Part shown: positions 42,145 through 57,482 of the stretch, piece after piece
Layout of the letters: the number at the start of each line of letters is the position of its first letter
Numbering within the stretch: position 1 is the stretch's first letter
Assembly (NCBI GenBank): GCA_017626365.1
Contig: JAGAIV010000013.1
Span: 6,826 to 70,825 of the forward strand
Direction of reading: 5' to 3'
Source: Clostridia bacterium
Lineage (GTDB): Bacteria; Bacillota; Clostridia; TANB77; CAG-508
DNA length: 64,000 bases
Made by a program: the position numbers and the translations under genes
Notes under the pieces: model-generated
What the model saw: only the letters and a program-made list of their open reading frames with translations
Database searches by the model: none
What the model was told of the DNA's origin: nothing

Positions 42145-44138
42145 AACAATTAGATTTAGGAAAAGAAAAAATAGGAAAACTACTAATGGCATTCTCAGTA
42201 CCATGTATTATTTCATTAGTAGTAAATGCTTTATATAACATGGTTGATCAAATATTTATTGGTTGGGGAGTAGGGTATTTAGGAAATGGAGCAACAAATG
42301 TTATATTTCCTATTACTGTATTATGTATGGCATTTGCATTAATGTTTGGTGATGGCGCATCAGCATATCTAAGTTTAAAATTAGGAGAAAAAAAGGAAAA
42401 AGAAGCACAAGCAGGAGTGGTAAATGGAATAATAGCATCTATTATTATATCAGTTGTATTAGGTGTATCTATTTTAATATTTCTACCAAACTTAATTACT
42501 ATTTTTGGAGGAACAGATACCTTAAGAACGTATGCATTGGACTATGGATATATTATTGTAATAGGAATACCATTTATGATGATAGCTACAACTTTAAACT
42601 CTATTATAAGAGCAGATGGTTCACCCAAATATGCAATGATATCAATGATTATTGGAGCAATTTTAAATATTATATTAGACCCAATTGCAATATTTGTATT
42701 CGATATGGGAATTAAAGGGGCAGCACTTGCAACTATCATAAGTCAATTTGTTAACTTTTTAATAAATGCAATATACTTAAAGAAATTTAAAACAATAAAA
42801 ATAACAAAAGAAAGCTTCAAACCATCTTTTAAAATAATGAGAAATGTTGGCATGCTAGGAATATCATCCTTTATTACACAAATGGCAATTGTTATAGTAA
42901 TAACAGTAGAAAACACATTGTACAATATATATGCACTAAGCAGTAAATTTGGTGCAGAAATTCCAATTACGGTACATGGCATTGTTATGAAAATAAATAT
43001 GATATTAACTAGTATTATTATAGGAATTGCAGCAGGAAGTCAACCAATTGTTGGGTATAATTATGGGGCCAAAAAATATGAAAGAGTGAAGAAAACATTA
43101 AAATTAGTATTAGGAATTAGTACAATTGTATCAACAATATCTTTTATATTATTCCAAACAATACCAGAAGCATTAATTAGTATATTTGGTTCTGGAGATG
43201 AATTATATAATGAATTTGCCTGTTTAACATTTAGAATTTTCTTAATGTTAACAATATGCAATGGAATTCAAATTGCATCTGGTATATTCTTTCAAGCAAT
43301 AGGAAAACCAACCAAATCTGCATTTATCACATTATCAAGACAAATTTTATTTTATACGCCACTAGCAATTATATTATCTAAATTCTATGGAGTAATGGGA
43401 GTATTATATGCAGGACCAGTAGCAGATTTATTTGCATTTATGATATCAGTAATTTTCCTAATAATGGAAGTTAAAAAATTAAATAAATCAGAAAGAAAAG
43501 ACGATTTACCAAAAGAAGAACAAGCAATAATCGAAGAAAAAGCTAACATTATTATAACTATTAACAGAGAATATGGCTCTGGAGGAAGATATGTAGGAAA
43601 GCTACTTGCTAAAAAACTAGGTATCAGATTATATGATAAAGACTTAATTATGATGGTATCAAATGAAAGTGGTTTATCGGCTTCCTATATAGAAGAAAAT
43701 GAACAAAACGTAACAGGAAAATTACTTGCAAACTTTAATTCACAATATTATAACAACTTATCAAATGATGACAATTTATTTATTGCAGAAAGTAATGCTA
43801 TTAAAGAAATTGCTAAAAAAGGTTCTTGTATTATAATAGGAAGATGTGCAGATTATGTTTTAAAAGATGAAAAAAATGTATTTAAAATTTTCTTATATAG
43901 TGATGATGAAAACAAAGTTGCAAGAGCTGTAAAATATTATGGATTAGAAGAAAAAACAGCTCTAAAACAAATAAATAAAATAAACAAAGCAAGACAAAAA
44001 CATTATAACTATTATACAGGACAAGATTGGAAAGATTTAGATTATTATGATTTTAGTATCAATGTAGATAAATTCGGAGTAGAAAAAACAGTAGAAATGA
44101 TTGAAAAAATGGTAGTAGATTGTAAGGTTAAAATTTAA
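42141..44138 (+). CDS. MATE-family efflux transporter fused to a C-terminal cytidylate-kinase-like (AAA/P-loop) domain
   Basis: 12-TM MATE core of about 450 aa, then a charged linker, then INREYGSGGRYVGKLLAKKLG...DKD P-loop domain of about 200 aa. The ATG at 42141 follows ggagg. Confidence 0.65.
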   Translation: MKQLDLGKEKIGKLLMAFSVPCIISLVVNALYNMVDQIFIGWGVGYLGNGATNVIFPITVLCMAFALMFGDGASAYLSLKLGEKKEKEAQAGVVNGIIASIIISVVLGVSILIFLPNLITIFGGTDTLRTYALDYGYIIVIGIPFMMIATTLNSIIRADGSPKYAMISMIIGAILNIILDPIAIFVFDMGIKGAALATIISQFVNFLINAIYLKKFKTIKITKESFKPSFKIMRNVGMLGISSFITQMAIVIVITVENTLYNIYALSSKFGAEIPITVHGIVMKINMILTSIIIGIAAGSQPIVGYNYGAKKYERVKKTLKLVLGISTIVSTISFILFQTIPEALISIFGSGDELYNEFACLTFRIFLMLTICNGIQIASGIFFQAIGKPTKSAFITLSRQILFYTPLAIILSKFYGVMGVLYAGPVADLFAFMISVIFLIMEVKKLNKSERKDDLPKEEQAIIEEKANIIITINREYGSGGRYVGKLLAKKLGIRLYDKDLIMMVSNESGLSASYIEENEQNVTGKLLANFNSQYYNNLSNDDNLFIAESNAIKEIAKKGSCIIIGRCADYVLKDEKNVFKIFLYSDDENKVARAVKYYGLEEKTALKQINKINKARQKHYNYYTGQDWKDLDYYDFSINVDKFGVEKTVEMIEKMVVDCKVKI

Positions 44139-44571
44139 AATAAAAAGAAAGTAACACACGTAAATGAAGTGAATCCTCTTTTTGCAATCTTTTTTAAAGA
44201 AAATTAAAAAAATTACATTTGACAAATTCAAAACAATATACTATTATTTAATTACAAAATAAATGTGTTTGTAATGTCGTTAGCAAACAAACTGTAGGAG
44301 TACGTGTATCCGCGAATGCACGCACTTTTTTTTATGCAAAAAAATAGAGCAGACCGCGAAATCTACTCTATCGACTTATGTATATCTACATTCAGTCTTT
44401 GCTTGTTTTTTCATCTTCTACTTGCTGAATAGTTTGCTGTTGTTGTAATATAAAGTTTTTTTCTTTTTCAGCTATTACCATATCAAGCAAATGAAAAATC
44501 AAGTCGTTAGAATTCAAAATTTTTAAATTTTACAGTATAAAAAAGTATGGAAAAATTGCACTTCTACCTTT

Positions 44572-46723
44572 TTATATTATCATATGATAAATCAAAGTAG
44601 TACACATACAAATAATAATACCACAAGCTGTTGGAAGTAAGAAAGAAATAATTGCCCATTTCCAACTACCAGTTTCTTTTTTTATAGTAAGTAATGTAGT
44701 ACTACATGGAAAATGAAGTAGTGTAAAAATCATAACATTAATAGCAGTTAAAATCGTCCAACCATTTTGTACTAAAATATTTCCAATCATATAAATATCT
44801 TCCAAATGAACTAAACTTCCTTTTGCCATATAACTCATTAAAATAATAGGAAGCACAATTTCATTTGCAGGAAGCCCCAAAATAAAAGCAGTTAAAATGT
44901 AACCATCTAATCCCATTAACCTAGCAAATGGGTCTAAGAAGAGTGCAATGTGTGTTAGAATACTTGCACCACAAATGTTAATATTCGCAAATAACCAAAT
45001 AACAATGCCAACAGGAGCGGCAACAGCAATAGCTCTTCCTAAAACGTATATGGTTCTATCTAATAAAGAACGCACAATTACTTTACCGATTTGTGGTTTT
45101 CGGTAAGGTGGTAGTTCTAAAATGAAAGAAGAAGGTAGCCCTTTTAGGATAGTTTTCGATAGAATTTTAGAAACGACTAACGTTAGATAAATACCAAGTA
45201 AAATAACCAATAGTACAGCAAGAGTAGATAAGAGTGATGCTTTTAAGCCGGTAGTAATGCTCCCAATAAAAATACTAGCAATTGTAATTAAAAAAGGAAA
45301 TCTGCCGTTACAAGGAACAAAAGCATTGGTGAGAATGGCAATTAATCGCTCCCTTGGGGAATCTATAATTCTACAACCTACAACACCGTGCTGCATTACA
45401 GCCAAATCCCATGCACATGGTAAGTGCTTGTTTTCCCGTTGTGCAAGCTTTTTTAAAGTAGTTATCTAAGTTAAAAGCAATTCTTGGTAGGTATCCTAAA
45501 TCTTCTAAAATCGTAAATAAAGGAAAAAAAATCGCCATAGGTGGTAGCATAACGGAGATTACCCACGAAACGGTTTGAAACATTCCATTTATCAGTATAC
45601 CAGTTAACCAGCTAGGAGCATTAAGGTTATCAAAAAGAATGAGTAATTTTTCTTGGAGGTAACCAAAAAAATTAGATAGTACAGTAGAAGGATAGTTTGC
45701 TCCTGTAATGGTAATCCAAAAGATAATTCCTAAGAAAAGAATCATAATGGGAATACCGAATTTTTTAGAAGTTAGAATTTTATCAATTTTTCGGTCTCGA
45801 TTGGAATGAGCAATCGATTCATAAATAACAACATCATTGCAAATATCTTCTGCACGAAAGACAATACTAGAAACTATTTTATCGCGAAAGTTCGTATCAT
45901 CAATATCATTGGCGTGCAGTAATTCTGTTACTTCTTCTAATTTTTCTTGTAAATTTTCATCTAAAAATGAAATGCAAAAATTCTTTTCAATAGAAGAAAG
46001 AATCGTTTTCTCTCCATCGATAAGTTTTAATGCCGTCCATCTGGATAAATGAGTTTGCTCATTTGGAAGAAGCTTTTGAAGATTTGGTTCTAGCATTAGA
46101 AGGCAATCTTCAATAATAGGGTGATATTTGACAAGGTTTGGTTTGCAAACAATTTCGCCAGAAGCTACTTTTATGATGGTGGATAAAAGCTTGTTTAAGG
46201 TTTTCTTTTTTCTAGCAGTTGTTCCTACAACAGGAACTCCTAAAAGTTTTGAAAGCTTTTCTAAATCGATTTGAATATGTTTCTTTTTTGCTTCATCTAG
46301 TAAATTAACACAGACAACTACTTTATTAGTAATTTCCAATGTTTGAAATACGAGGTTTAAATTCTTCTCTATACAAGTAGCATCTAAAATGATAACAGTG
46401 GTATCTGGATTACCAAAACAAATATAGTCTCTTGCAATTTCTTCTTCTTGAGAATTAGACATAAGTGAGTATGTACCTGGAATGTCAACAAATAATAGAT
46501 TTTTTCCATTATGTATGCAAGTTCCACAAGCATTACTAACTGTTTTTCCTGGCCAATTCCCTGTATGCTGATGCATGCCAGTTAAAGCATTAAAAATAGT
46601 GCTTTTTCCAACATTCGGATTTCCGAGCAAGGGCAATGGTGTAATCACAAGATTTTTGCAAGAGAAGCATATCATCTTCTAATAAGTTTGCTCCGCAAGA
46701 ACTAGCGGTAAGCCCCATAATAT
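44572..46723 (-). CDS. feoB: ferrous iron transporter FeoB, reading frame interrupted twice
   Basis: With one C removed at GCT CGG AAA (plus 46623-25) the N-terminus reads ...DYTIALAGNPNVGKST. With one C removed at GCA CGG TGT (plus 45386-88) it reads GFGCNAAGVVGCRIIDSPRERL, and the GTPase joins the membrane domain. The upstream ATG at 46723 has RBS aaggag. Confidence 0.8.
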
Positions 46724-46732
46724 CACGCTCCT

Positions 46733-46963
46733 TTATATAGTAACTAAAATTAACTTAGCATCTTCTTTTCTTAGTGCTATTAGACTTCCTCGAATAGCAA
46801 AAGCGGTTGGGTCTCCAGAAGGACTTTTTAATACAGGAAGAATCTTAGTTCCTTGTACAATTCCTAAATCGAGTAATCTTCTCCTAATAGCACCTTCACA
46901 ATTTAATGTATCTACTTTACCATATGTTCCTAATGGTAAGTTATCTAAATGTATTTTTTTCAT
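46733..46963 (-). CDS. feoA: FeoA
   Basis: SH3-like FeoA, 76 aa. RBS aaggaggt. Confidence 0.8.
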   Translation of the reverse strand: MKKIHLDNLPLGTYGKVDTLNCEGAIRRRLLDLGIVQGTKILPVLKSPSGDPTAFAIRGSLIALRKEDAKLILVTI

Positions 46964-47080
46964 ATCATAAGTACCTCCTTGAAGACATATAAAATCTGTC
47001 TATTATAGTATATAAATCGAAATAAAAAAATGTGATAACGAAAAAAATAAAAAAGTTGTAGAAATGTGTTGCATTTTATA

Positions 47081-47096
47081 AATAACAATGATAAAC
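47081..47096. promoter_or_regulatory. candidate Fur box upstream of feoAB
   Basis: aataacaatgataaac resembles the TGATAATNATTATCA core, but the match is partial. Confidence 0.25.
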
Positions 47097-47169
47097 TAAA
47101 TATATAGAGTTAAAGAATAGATTAAAAAAAAACCGATTTTTCAGGAATTTTTTTAATCTGTTTTTTTAT

Positions 47170-48903
<1,734 letters not shown>

Positions 48904-49012
48904 ATAGTTCTATTATATAATATAAAAGCATAATATAATGAAAGAATGTACCAGTTTATTATTACTGGTACATTTTGTTTTGTGAAATCTATGTGAATTT
49001 TAGCAAAGGGTA

Positions 49013-49069
49013 TTGACAAGTGCTAATAAAAGGTATAAATTATTAGCAATCGAAGAAATAGAGTGCTAA
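49013..49069 (+). promoter_or_regulatory. groESL promoter (TTGACA 49013-49018) and CIRCE operator (ttagcaatc-N9-gagtgctaa, 49043-49069)
   Basis: CIRCE consensus TTAGCACTC-N9-GAGTGCTAA with one mismatch. Confidence 0.75.
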
Positions 49070-49086
49070 TAATTCGTTAAATATGA

Positions 49087-49437
<351 letters not shown>

Positions 49438-49516
49438 GGTTTGAAATAGTGAAAAAGTGAATAGCAAAAGGTGAAGAGTATAAAAGCTTCGCTTTTGAAG
49501 AAAGGAATTGATTTAA

Positions 49517-51154
<1,638 letters not shown>

Positions 51155-51276
51155 AATAAAATAGGGAGATACTATAAGTATTTCCCTATTTTTATATAAA
51201 AGCTAAATTTGCAGAATTACATAATTTGTGTTATAATGGTAAGGCTTTAAAATAAAATGTGCAGGAGGAGATTAAA

Positions 51277-51876
51277 ATGAAGCAAACTATACAAAATCGG
51301 GAGATTAAAAAGAAGACTGAATCTATAAAAAGAAAAACGGTAAAAGGCCCAATTCACTGGTTTTTAGAGCATATGATAATTGAAGATGATGAAGATTATT
51401 ATTATGACGAAGAAGATAAGGATGAGAAAGATCAAAAAGATAGTTCTAAGAGAAAAAGTTTTGAATTCATTATTACAATTGTGGTTGAAATAGTGGTGAT
51501 AATCATGCTTATAAGAAGCGTTTATATAGTTGGGCTTTCAAAGGGATTATCTGAGAGTGATAAAGCATATCAAGAAGGATATGAGGAAGGAGCTAGATTG
51601 GGGTATGAAGCAGCATATCCCGAAATCTACGATTCTGGATATTGGGCAGGTTTTATAGAGGGAGGCAACAAAGCTAGTAGCGAAGGATATGAAAGAAAGA
51701 TTATTGTTACTAGCGCATATAATGACTTACTCATGTGTGAATATATTCCCCAAAAAGAACTAAGAAATTTTACTCGTAGAATAACGGAACTGATGAAACA
51801 ACCTGTACCAGAGTTAGAAGACGTTGATCAATTTGTAGAAGATGTTGAAGAAATTTTGTCTTATTTTAATCCATAG
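51277..51876 (+). CDS. hypothetical acidic membrane protein
   Basis: RBS aggagg-9-ATG, one TM segment, Asp/Glu/Tyr-rich region. Contains an in-frame CGG (51298-51300) that is apparently read through in the zero frame. Confidence 0.35.
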   Translation: MKQTIQNREIKKKTESIKRKTVKGPIHWFLEHMIIEDDEDYYYDEEDKDEKDQKDSSKRKSFEFIITIVVEIVVIIMLIRSVYIVGLSKGLSESDKAYQEGYEEGARLGYEAAYPEIYDSGYWAGFIEGGNKASSEGYERKIIVTSAYNDLLMCEYIPQKELRNFTRRITELMKQPVPELEDVDQFVEDVEEILSYFNP

Positions 51877-51904
51877 GCAATAGCAATATGTTTTTACCTA
51901 TAAA

Positions 51905-51948
51905 AAAGAGGAGCGTTCTATTAAAATGAACATTGCTCCTCTTTTTTA
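51905..51948. terminator. bidirectional terminator
   Basis: aagaggagc...gctcctctt plus T-run. Confidence 0.6.
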
Positions 51949-51967
51949 CAGCAGAAATGCTACTTAA

Positions 51968-52102
51968 TTAGCAACATCCACCACAGTTTCCGCCGAAGCC
52001 ATTTCCGCAACAGCATAAAAGAACTAATATAATGATAATGATACAAATGCAATTGTCTCCACCGAAACCACATCCGCATCCGCAACCTCTGTTCTCTGGC
52101 AT
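51968..52102 (-). CDS. YjcZ-like tiny Gly/Cys-rich transmembrane (sporulation-type) peptide, 44 aa, absent from the ORF track
   Basis: MPENRGCGCGCGFGGDNCICIIIIILVLLCCCGNGFGGNCGGCC. RBS aggggggaatatcATG. Confidence 0.5.
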   Translation of the reverse strand: MPENRGCGCGCGFGGDNCICIIIIILVLLCCCGNGFGGNCGGCC

Positions 52103-52354
52103 GATATTCCCCCCTTTCAAATGTTTAATATACTTCTTTGTTTAAGGGCAGGAATTTATAACCTCCCTATAAAGAACCTAAGTTTTTTGTTCTTTCGTAT
52201 GGTATATACTATTCTTACATGAAAAAAAGTGTTACAAAATTTCTAAAAGGACTTGCGTAAAAATTTAATAATTTATTACAAAAAACTATACAAAAAATAA
52301 TAATAAATGATATAATCCATATAAAGCAAAGATTAGAAAGAAGAGGATTATTAT

Positions 52355-54655
52355 ATGGGAAATATTGTATTATTAGATGATTTAACAATTAATAAAATTG
52401 CAGCAGGAGAAGTGGTTGAAAGACCAGCATCCGTAGTAAAAGAAATGGTAGAAAACTCAATTGATGCAGGAGCGACTAATATAAATATTGAAATTCGTAA
52501 TGGAGGAATTTCATATATCCGTATTACAGATAACGGAAAAGGAATTGCAAAAGATGATATGGAAATAGCATTTGAAAGACATGCAACGAGTAAAATAAGA
52601 AATGCAAGCGATTTAAACGTTGTTAAATCGATGGGTTTTAGAGGAGAAGCATTAGCAAGTATTGCAGCAATTGCAAATGTAGAAATGGTTTCAAAAACAG
52701 AAAACGAGCAAACTGGAAATAAAATAGTAGTAGAAGCAGGAAAAGTGTTATCTTTTGAAGAAACAGGATGCCCAACAGGAACTACAATTACAGTTCAAAA
52801 CTTATTTTTTAACACACCAGTTCGTTATAAATTTTTAAAAAAGGATTTTACCGAATCAGGTTATATAGAAGATGTAGTTACACGACTTGCATTAGTTAAT
52901 ACCAATATTGCTTTCAAATTAATTAATTCTGGAAAAACAATAATCCAAACATCTGGAAATGGAAATTTACAAGATGTTATTTATGCTATTTATGGTAGCG
53001 ATATTGCAACTAGTGTTTTAGATGTGGACTATACATATGAAGATATACATATAACAGGAGTTGTGGGAAAACCAGAAATAGCAAGATCGAATCGTAGCAA
53101 TCAAATTTTCTTTGTTAATAGAAGATATGTAAAAGATAAAACACTATCCGGAGCAACAGAGAATAGTTTTAAAGGGCTATTACCAATTGGAAAATATGGA
53201 TTTCTTATATTAAATATTGATATGGATCCATCAAAAGTAGATGTAAATGTACATCCAGCAAAATTGGAAGTACGTTTTGAAGAAGAAAATAAAATATTTA
53301 AGGCAGTATATCATGCTATAAAAGATACGCTTCTAAAATCTGAATTGATAGCAAATACCGAAAAAGAAGAAATAAAAAAATATGAAGACAATGTAATTCA
53401 AGCTAATACGAAATCAACGATTACTGATTTGTTTAGAAAAATTAAAAAAGAAGAAAAACAAGATAAAGAGGAAACAAACAATGTAATTGCGGATATTTTT
53501 GAGAAAAAAGAAATGGAACATATACAAGAAGATAAAGCAAATATAGAAGACAAAAAAATGGATGTATTTAAAGAATTAATAGAAATGCAAAAAAGAATAA
53601 AAGAAGAAGCAGAAAATGATCCAAGTTTACATACTAATATTGACCAATTAATAACTAATACACAAAAGATAGAAAATGAATCACCAGAGGAATCGCCAGA
53701 AGAAAAAGTAGAGGAGCAAAAGCAAGAACAAGAGCAAAATATAATGAATCTAGAAGAAACAAACCAAGATTATGAAATAGTTTCTACTGAAACACAAGAA
53801 CAAAATAAAGATAATGAAGAAGTAACCCCTGTGTCTAATCAAGAAACCCAAAAATTTTCAAGTAATGAAATACAAGAAATGATAGAAAAATTAGAAAAAA
53901 TAGAAAATGTGGAACAAAATCCAGAATTCGATAGCATGTATGAAAAAATATTTGGAAAAGTTCCAGCATCTGTAAAAGAAGAACAAGAAGAAGAAAAACG
54001 AAAAATAAGTGCTTATGAATTAATAAAAGAAGATAATAAAATATCTATGTTTGAAAATGTTCCAGAATATCAAAAACCAACCTATAGGTTAGTTGGAATT
54101 GCATTTAACACGTATATTATTATTGAAATTCAAAAAGAACTATACATCATAGATCAGCATGCAGCACATGAAAGAGTAATGTATGAAAAAGTAAAAGAAA
54201 ATTATTATTCAAGTGATAGAAAAGACTCACAAATGCTTTTATTACCAGATGTTATTACTCTAACGCACAAAGAAATGGATATTTTAAAAGATAATGAAGA
54301 AATGTTTGAACGTGCTGGATTTGTTTTTGAAGAGTTTGGAGAAAATACAATTAAATTAACAGGAGTACCTAATATTTGTTTAGAATTAAATACAAAAGAA
54401 TTATTTTTAGAAACGTTAGATGAAATCAATACTGTTGCAAGAACTGCAAAACAAGAAATAGAAGAAAAATTTATTGCGACTGTTGCATGTAAATCAGCAG
54501 TAAAAGCACATATGGATTTAACACCAGAGGAAGTAGATAGTCTAATGAATGATTTACTAAAACTTCCAAATCCATTTACATGTCCTCATGGTAGACCAAC
54601 TGCCATTCGTATGGATCAAAACGATATAGAAAAAAAATTTGCTAGAAGAAAATAG
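52355..54655 (+). CDS. mutL: DNA mismatch repair protein MutL
   Basis: GHKL ATPase N-terminus (AAGEVVERPASVVKEMVENSIDAGAT), Glu/Lys-rich linker, C-terminal dimerisation/endonuclease domain. Confidence 0.85.
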   Translation: MGNIVLLDDLTINKIAAGEVVERPASVVKEMVENSIDAGATNINIEIRNGGISYIRITDNGKGIAKDDMEIAFERHATSKIRNASDLNVVKSMGFRGEALASIAAIANVEMVSKTENEQTGNKIVVEAGKVLSFEETGCPTGTTITVQNLFFNTPVRYKFLKKDFTESGYIEDVVTRLALVNTNIAFKLINSGKTIIQTSGNGNLQDVIYAIYGSDIATSVLDVDYTYEDIHITGVVGKPEIARSNRSNQIFFVNRRYVKDKTLSGATENSFKGLLPIGKYGFLILNIDMDPSKVDVNVHPAKLEVRFEEENKIFKAVYHAIKDTLLKSELIANTEKEEIKKYEDNVIQANTKSTITDLFRKIKKEEKQDKEETNNVIADIFEKKEMEHIQEDKANIEDKKMDVFKELIEMQKRIKEEAENDPSLHTNIDQLITNTQKIENESPEESPEEKVEEQKQEQEQNIMNLEETNQDYEIVSTETQEQNKDNEEVTPVSNQETQKFSSNEIQEMIEKLEKIENVEQNPEFDSMYEKIFGKVPASVKEEQEEEKRKISAYELIKEDNKISMFENVPEYQKPTYRLVGIAFNTYIIIEIQKELYIIDQHAAHERVMYEKVKENYYSSDRKDSQMLLLPDVITLTHKEMDILKDNEEMFERAGFVFEEFGENTIKLTGVPNICLELNTKELFLETLDEINTVARTAKQEIEEKFIATVACKSAVKAHMDLTPEEVDSLMNDLLKLPNPFTCPHGRPTAIRMDQNDIEKKFARRK

Positions 54656-54671
54656 TTTTAAGGAGAAAGCA

Positions 54672-55091
54672 ATGTTCATTATAGGAATAATATCAATTGT
54701 TATTTATATAATAGCAACTTTGATGATTTGGACAAACATATATGAATTTGAAAAAGAAAAAAAGATTAAATTTATCTTAATAGGAATGATAGTAATTTTT
54801 ATTGTTACATGGATTATTGTATCACTTTGCTCAAATGGAATACAGGTAGAAAAAAGCTATTTAAAAGTTGCAAAAACTACGTCTTTACTTATTTTTGCAC
54901 CAATTAATACAATTTTTGTTTTACCGTATTTGGGAAATATTTTTAATAAGTACAAACAAAAAAGACTAAGTGGAGAAAAACTGAAAAAAAGATTAATTAT
55001 ATTAGGAGTAGCATTATTTATTGTTATTATAATAGAAACCAATTATATTAAGACTTTTGAATTGGGACTATTAAGTAATGTAATGAAGTAG
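54672..55091 (+). CDS. hypothetical 4-TM membrane protein
   Basis: RBS aaggag. No family recognised. Confidence 0.35.
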   Translation: MFIIGIISIVIYIIATLMIWTNIYEFEKEKKIKFILIGMIVIFIVTWIIVSLCSNGIQVEKSYLKVAKTTSLLIFAPINTIFVLPYLGNIFNKYKQKRLSGEKLKKRLIILGVALFIVIIIETNYIKTFELGLLSNVMK

Positions 55092-55096
55092 GAGAA

Positions 55097-56063
55097 AAGT
55101 AAAAAGTGAAAAGTGAAGAGTTAAAAGTACAAAGTTCAGAGAATTTCTTACCAAAAGTAATTGTAATATGTGGTCCAACAGCTTCTGGTAAAACTGCTTT
55201 ATCAATTGAACTTGCAAAACAAATTAACCGGAGAAATCGTTTCTGCAGATTCAATGCAAATTTATAAAGAAATGAACATAGGAAGTGCAAAGCCTACAGA
55301 AGAGGAAATGCAAGGAATTAAGCATTATTTATTGGATTTTGTATCTCCAAAAGATAGATATAGTGTAGCAGATTACAAAAAAGAAGCAGATAAGGCAATT
55401 CGCAAAATTATTGAAAAAGGGAAAATACCGATTGTTGTTGGAGGAACAGGACTGTATGTGGACTCTTTAATTTATAATATTGATTATCCGGAAATTGAAT
55501 TTGATGTAGCATATAGAACCAGTTTGGAACACAGAGCAAAAGAAGAAGGATTACAAATATTATACAAAGAAGCAGTTGAAATAGATCCAGAAGCGATGAA
55601 ACGTATTAGTCCAAATGATCAAAAAAGAATTTTAAGAGTTCTAGAATTATATCATCAAACAGGAAAAACAAAGACACAGCAAGAGATAGAATCTAGAAAA
55701 AATAAAGTTCCATATGATTATCATGTTTTTGCATTAACGATGGACCGAGAAAAACTATATGATAGAATTAATAAACGAGTAGATATGATGATTGAACAAG
55801 GATTAATTGAAGAAGTACAAAATATAATACAAAAATATAACGAATATCCAACAGCAATGCAAGCTTTAGGATATAAGGAAATAAAAGAATATTTAGATGG
55901 AACAATTACAAAGGAAGAAGCAATCGAAAAAGTGAAACAAGAAACTAGAAAGTATGCCAAAAGGCAATTAACATGGTTCAGAAAAAATAAGCAAACTATT
56001 TGGTTAGATGCAATGCAAGATAAAAAAGAAAATATAAAAATTATTCTGGAGGGAATGAATTGA
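55097..56063 (+). CDS. miaA: tRNA dimethylallyltransferase, reading frame interrupted once
   Basis: GTG start, then VIVICGPTASGKTALSIELAKQIN, then AAC CGG AGA (55229-55231). Removing one C gives GEIVSADSMQIYKEMNIGSAKPT, continuous with the track ORF 55170..56063. Confidence 0.85.
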
Positions 56064-57360
56064 AGAAAGCAAGGAAAGTTAGCAATAACACCAATGCTAG
56101 TGTACCAAGAAAGAAAAATGTAAAAAAGGTAACAATTGCATATATAATTGGAATTATTGTTTTAATATATTTTGTTTACTGTATAATACAACTAATCAAA
56201 CAGCCTACTGATGTAATTGCAATTGAAAATGGAAATTTATCAGAAGAAGAAAATGCAGTACGGTTATGTCATACGTGAAGAAATGGTAGTACAAGGAGAT
56301 AACTATAAAAATGGAATGGTTCAAATAAAAGCAGAAGGAGAAAGAGTTGCAAAAGATGACCCGATTTTTCGTTATTATAGTAACAATGAAGAAACACTAG
56401 TAAAAAAAATAGAAGAACTTGATATTAAAATACAAGAAGCAATGGCAAATGAAACAAATTTATTTTCCAGTGATATGAAATTGCTAGAAAATCAGATACA
56501 AGAAAAATTAATTGAATTGGAAAAGTTAAATGATATACAAAAAATAACAGAATATAAGAAGGATATTAACACTAAAATTACAAAAAAGGCAAAGATAGCA
56601 GGTGAATTAAGTCCATCTGGTTCATATATACGAAAATTAATTGAAGAAAGAAGTTCGTATGAAAAAACATTAAATTCCGGTTCTGAGTATATTAATGCAC
56701 CAATGAGTGGAATTGTATCTTACCGTGTAGACCGGATTAGAGAGTGTTTTAACACCAGATTCTTTTTCTAGTTTAAATACAAAATTTTTAGAAGATTTGA
56801 AATTGAAAACAGGGGAAATTGTAGCAAGTAGTGGAGAAAGCGGAAAGGTAATTAACAATTTTGAAGGATACATTGTAACGAGTTTGAATTCCGAAAAAGC
56901 AAATAAAACTCAAATTGGGGACACTGTAAAGTTGCGTTTATCTAATAGTGAAGAGATATCAGCAGAAGTGGTATATATTATAGAAGAAGAAAACACTAGA
57001 TTAATTACTTTCAAAATAACAGCTGGATTAGATTTGTTAGCAAATTATCGAAAAATTACATTTGATATTATTTGGTGGAGGTATAGTGGATTAAAAGTAC
57101 CTAACACTGCTCTTGTTTCAGAAACAGCAAAAGAAGGAAGTAGTGAAGAAGGAAATAAATTATATTTCGTTATCAGAAATCGAGCAGGATATACTGATAA
57201 AATACCAGTAAAAGTATTAAAACAAAATTCATCATATTCAATTATAACAAACTATGAATCGACAGAATTAAAAGAAAAATGGGGATATACAGATAGTGAA
57301 ATAAAAGAATTAAAAAGCATTGTACTCTATGATGAAATAATGGTTTATCCTAAAACATAA
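56060..57360 (+). CDS. HlyD-family membrane-fusion/efflux adaptor-like protein, reading frame interrupted twice
   Basis: N-terminal TM, coiled coil and beta-rich C-terminus span three frames. They join by removing one C at GTA CGG TTA (56261-63) and one at GAC CGG ATT (56733-35). Confidence 0.5.
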
Positions 57361-57482
57361 TATTACAATAATATTACAATCAAATTAAAAATAAATTACA
57401 ATTACAAAAGGTATTGACAATATAATAAAAAAGTAAGATACTTATGATAAATACCAAGGAGAAAAATTAGGAGGTTTATAAA

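Noticed and set aside
44139-44571. Small ORFs in the 430-bp convergent spacer between the MATE gene and feoB.
   Set aside because: Only ORFs of 32 aa or less with no RBS. The region does contain terminator hairpins.
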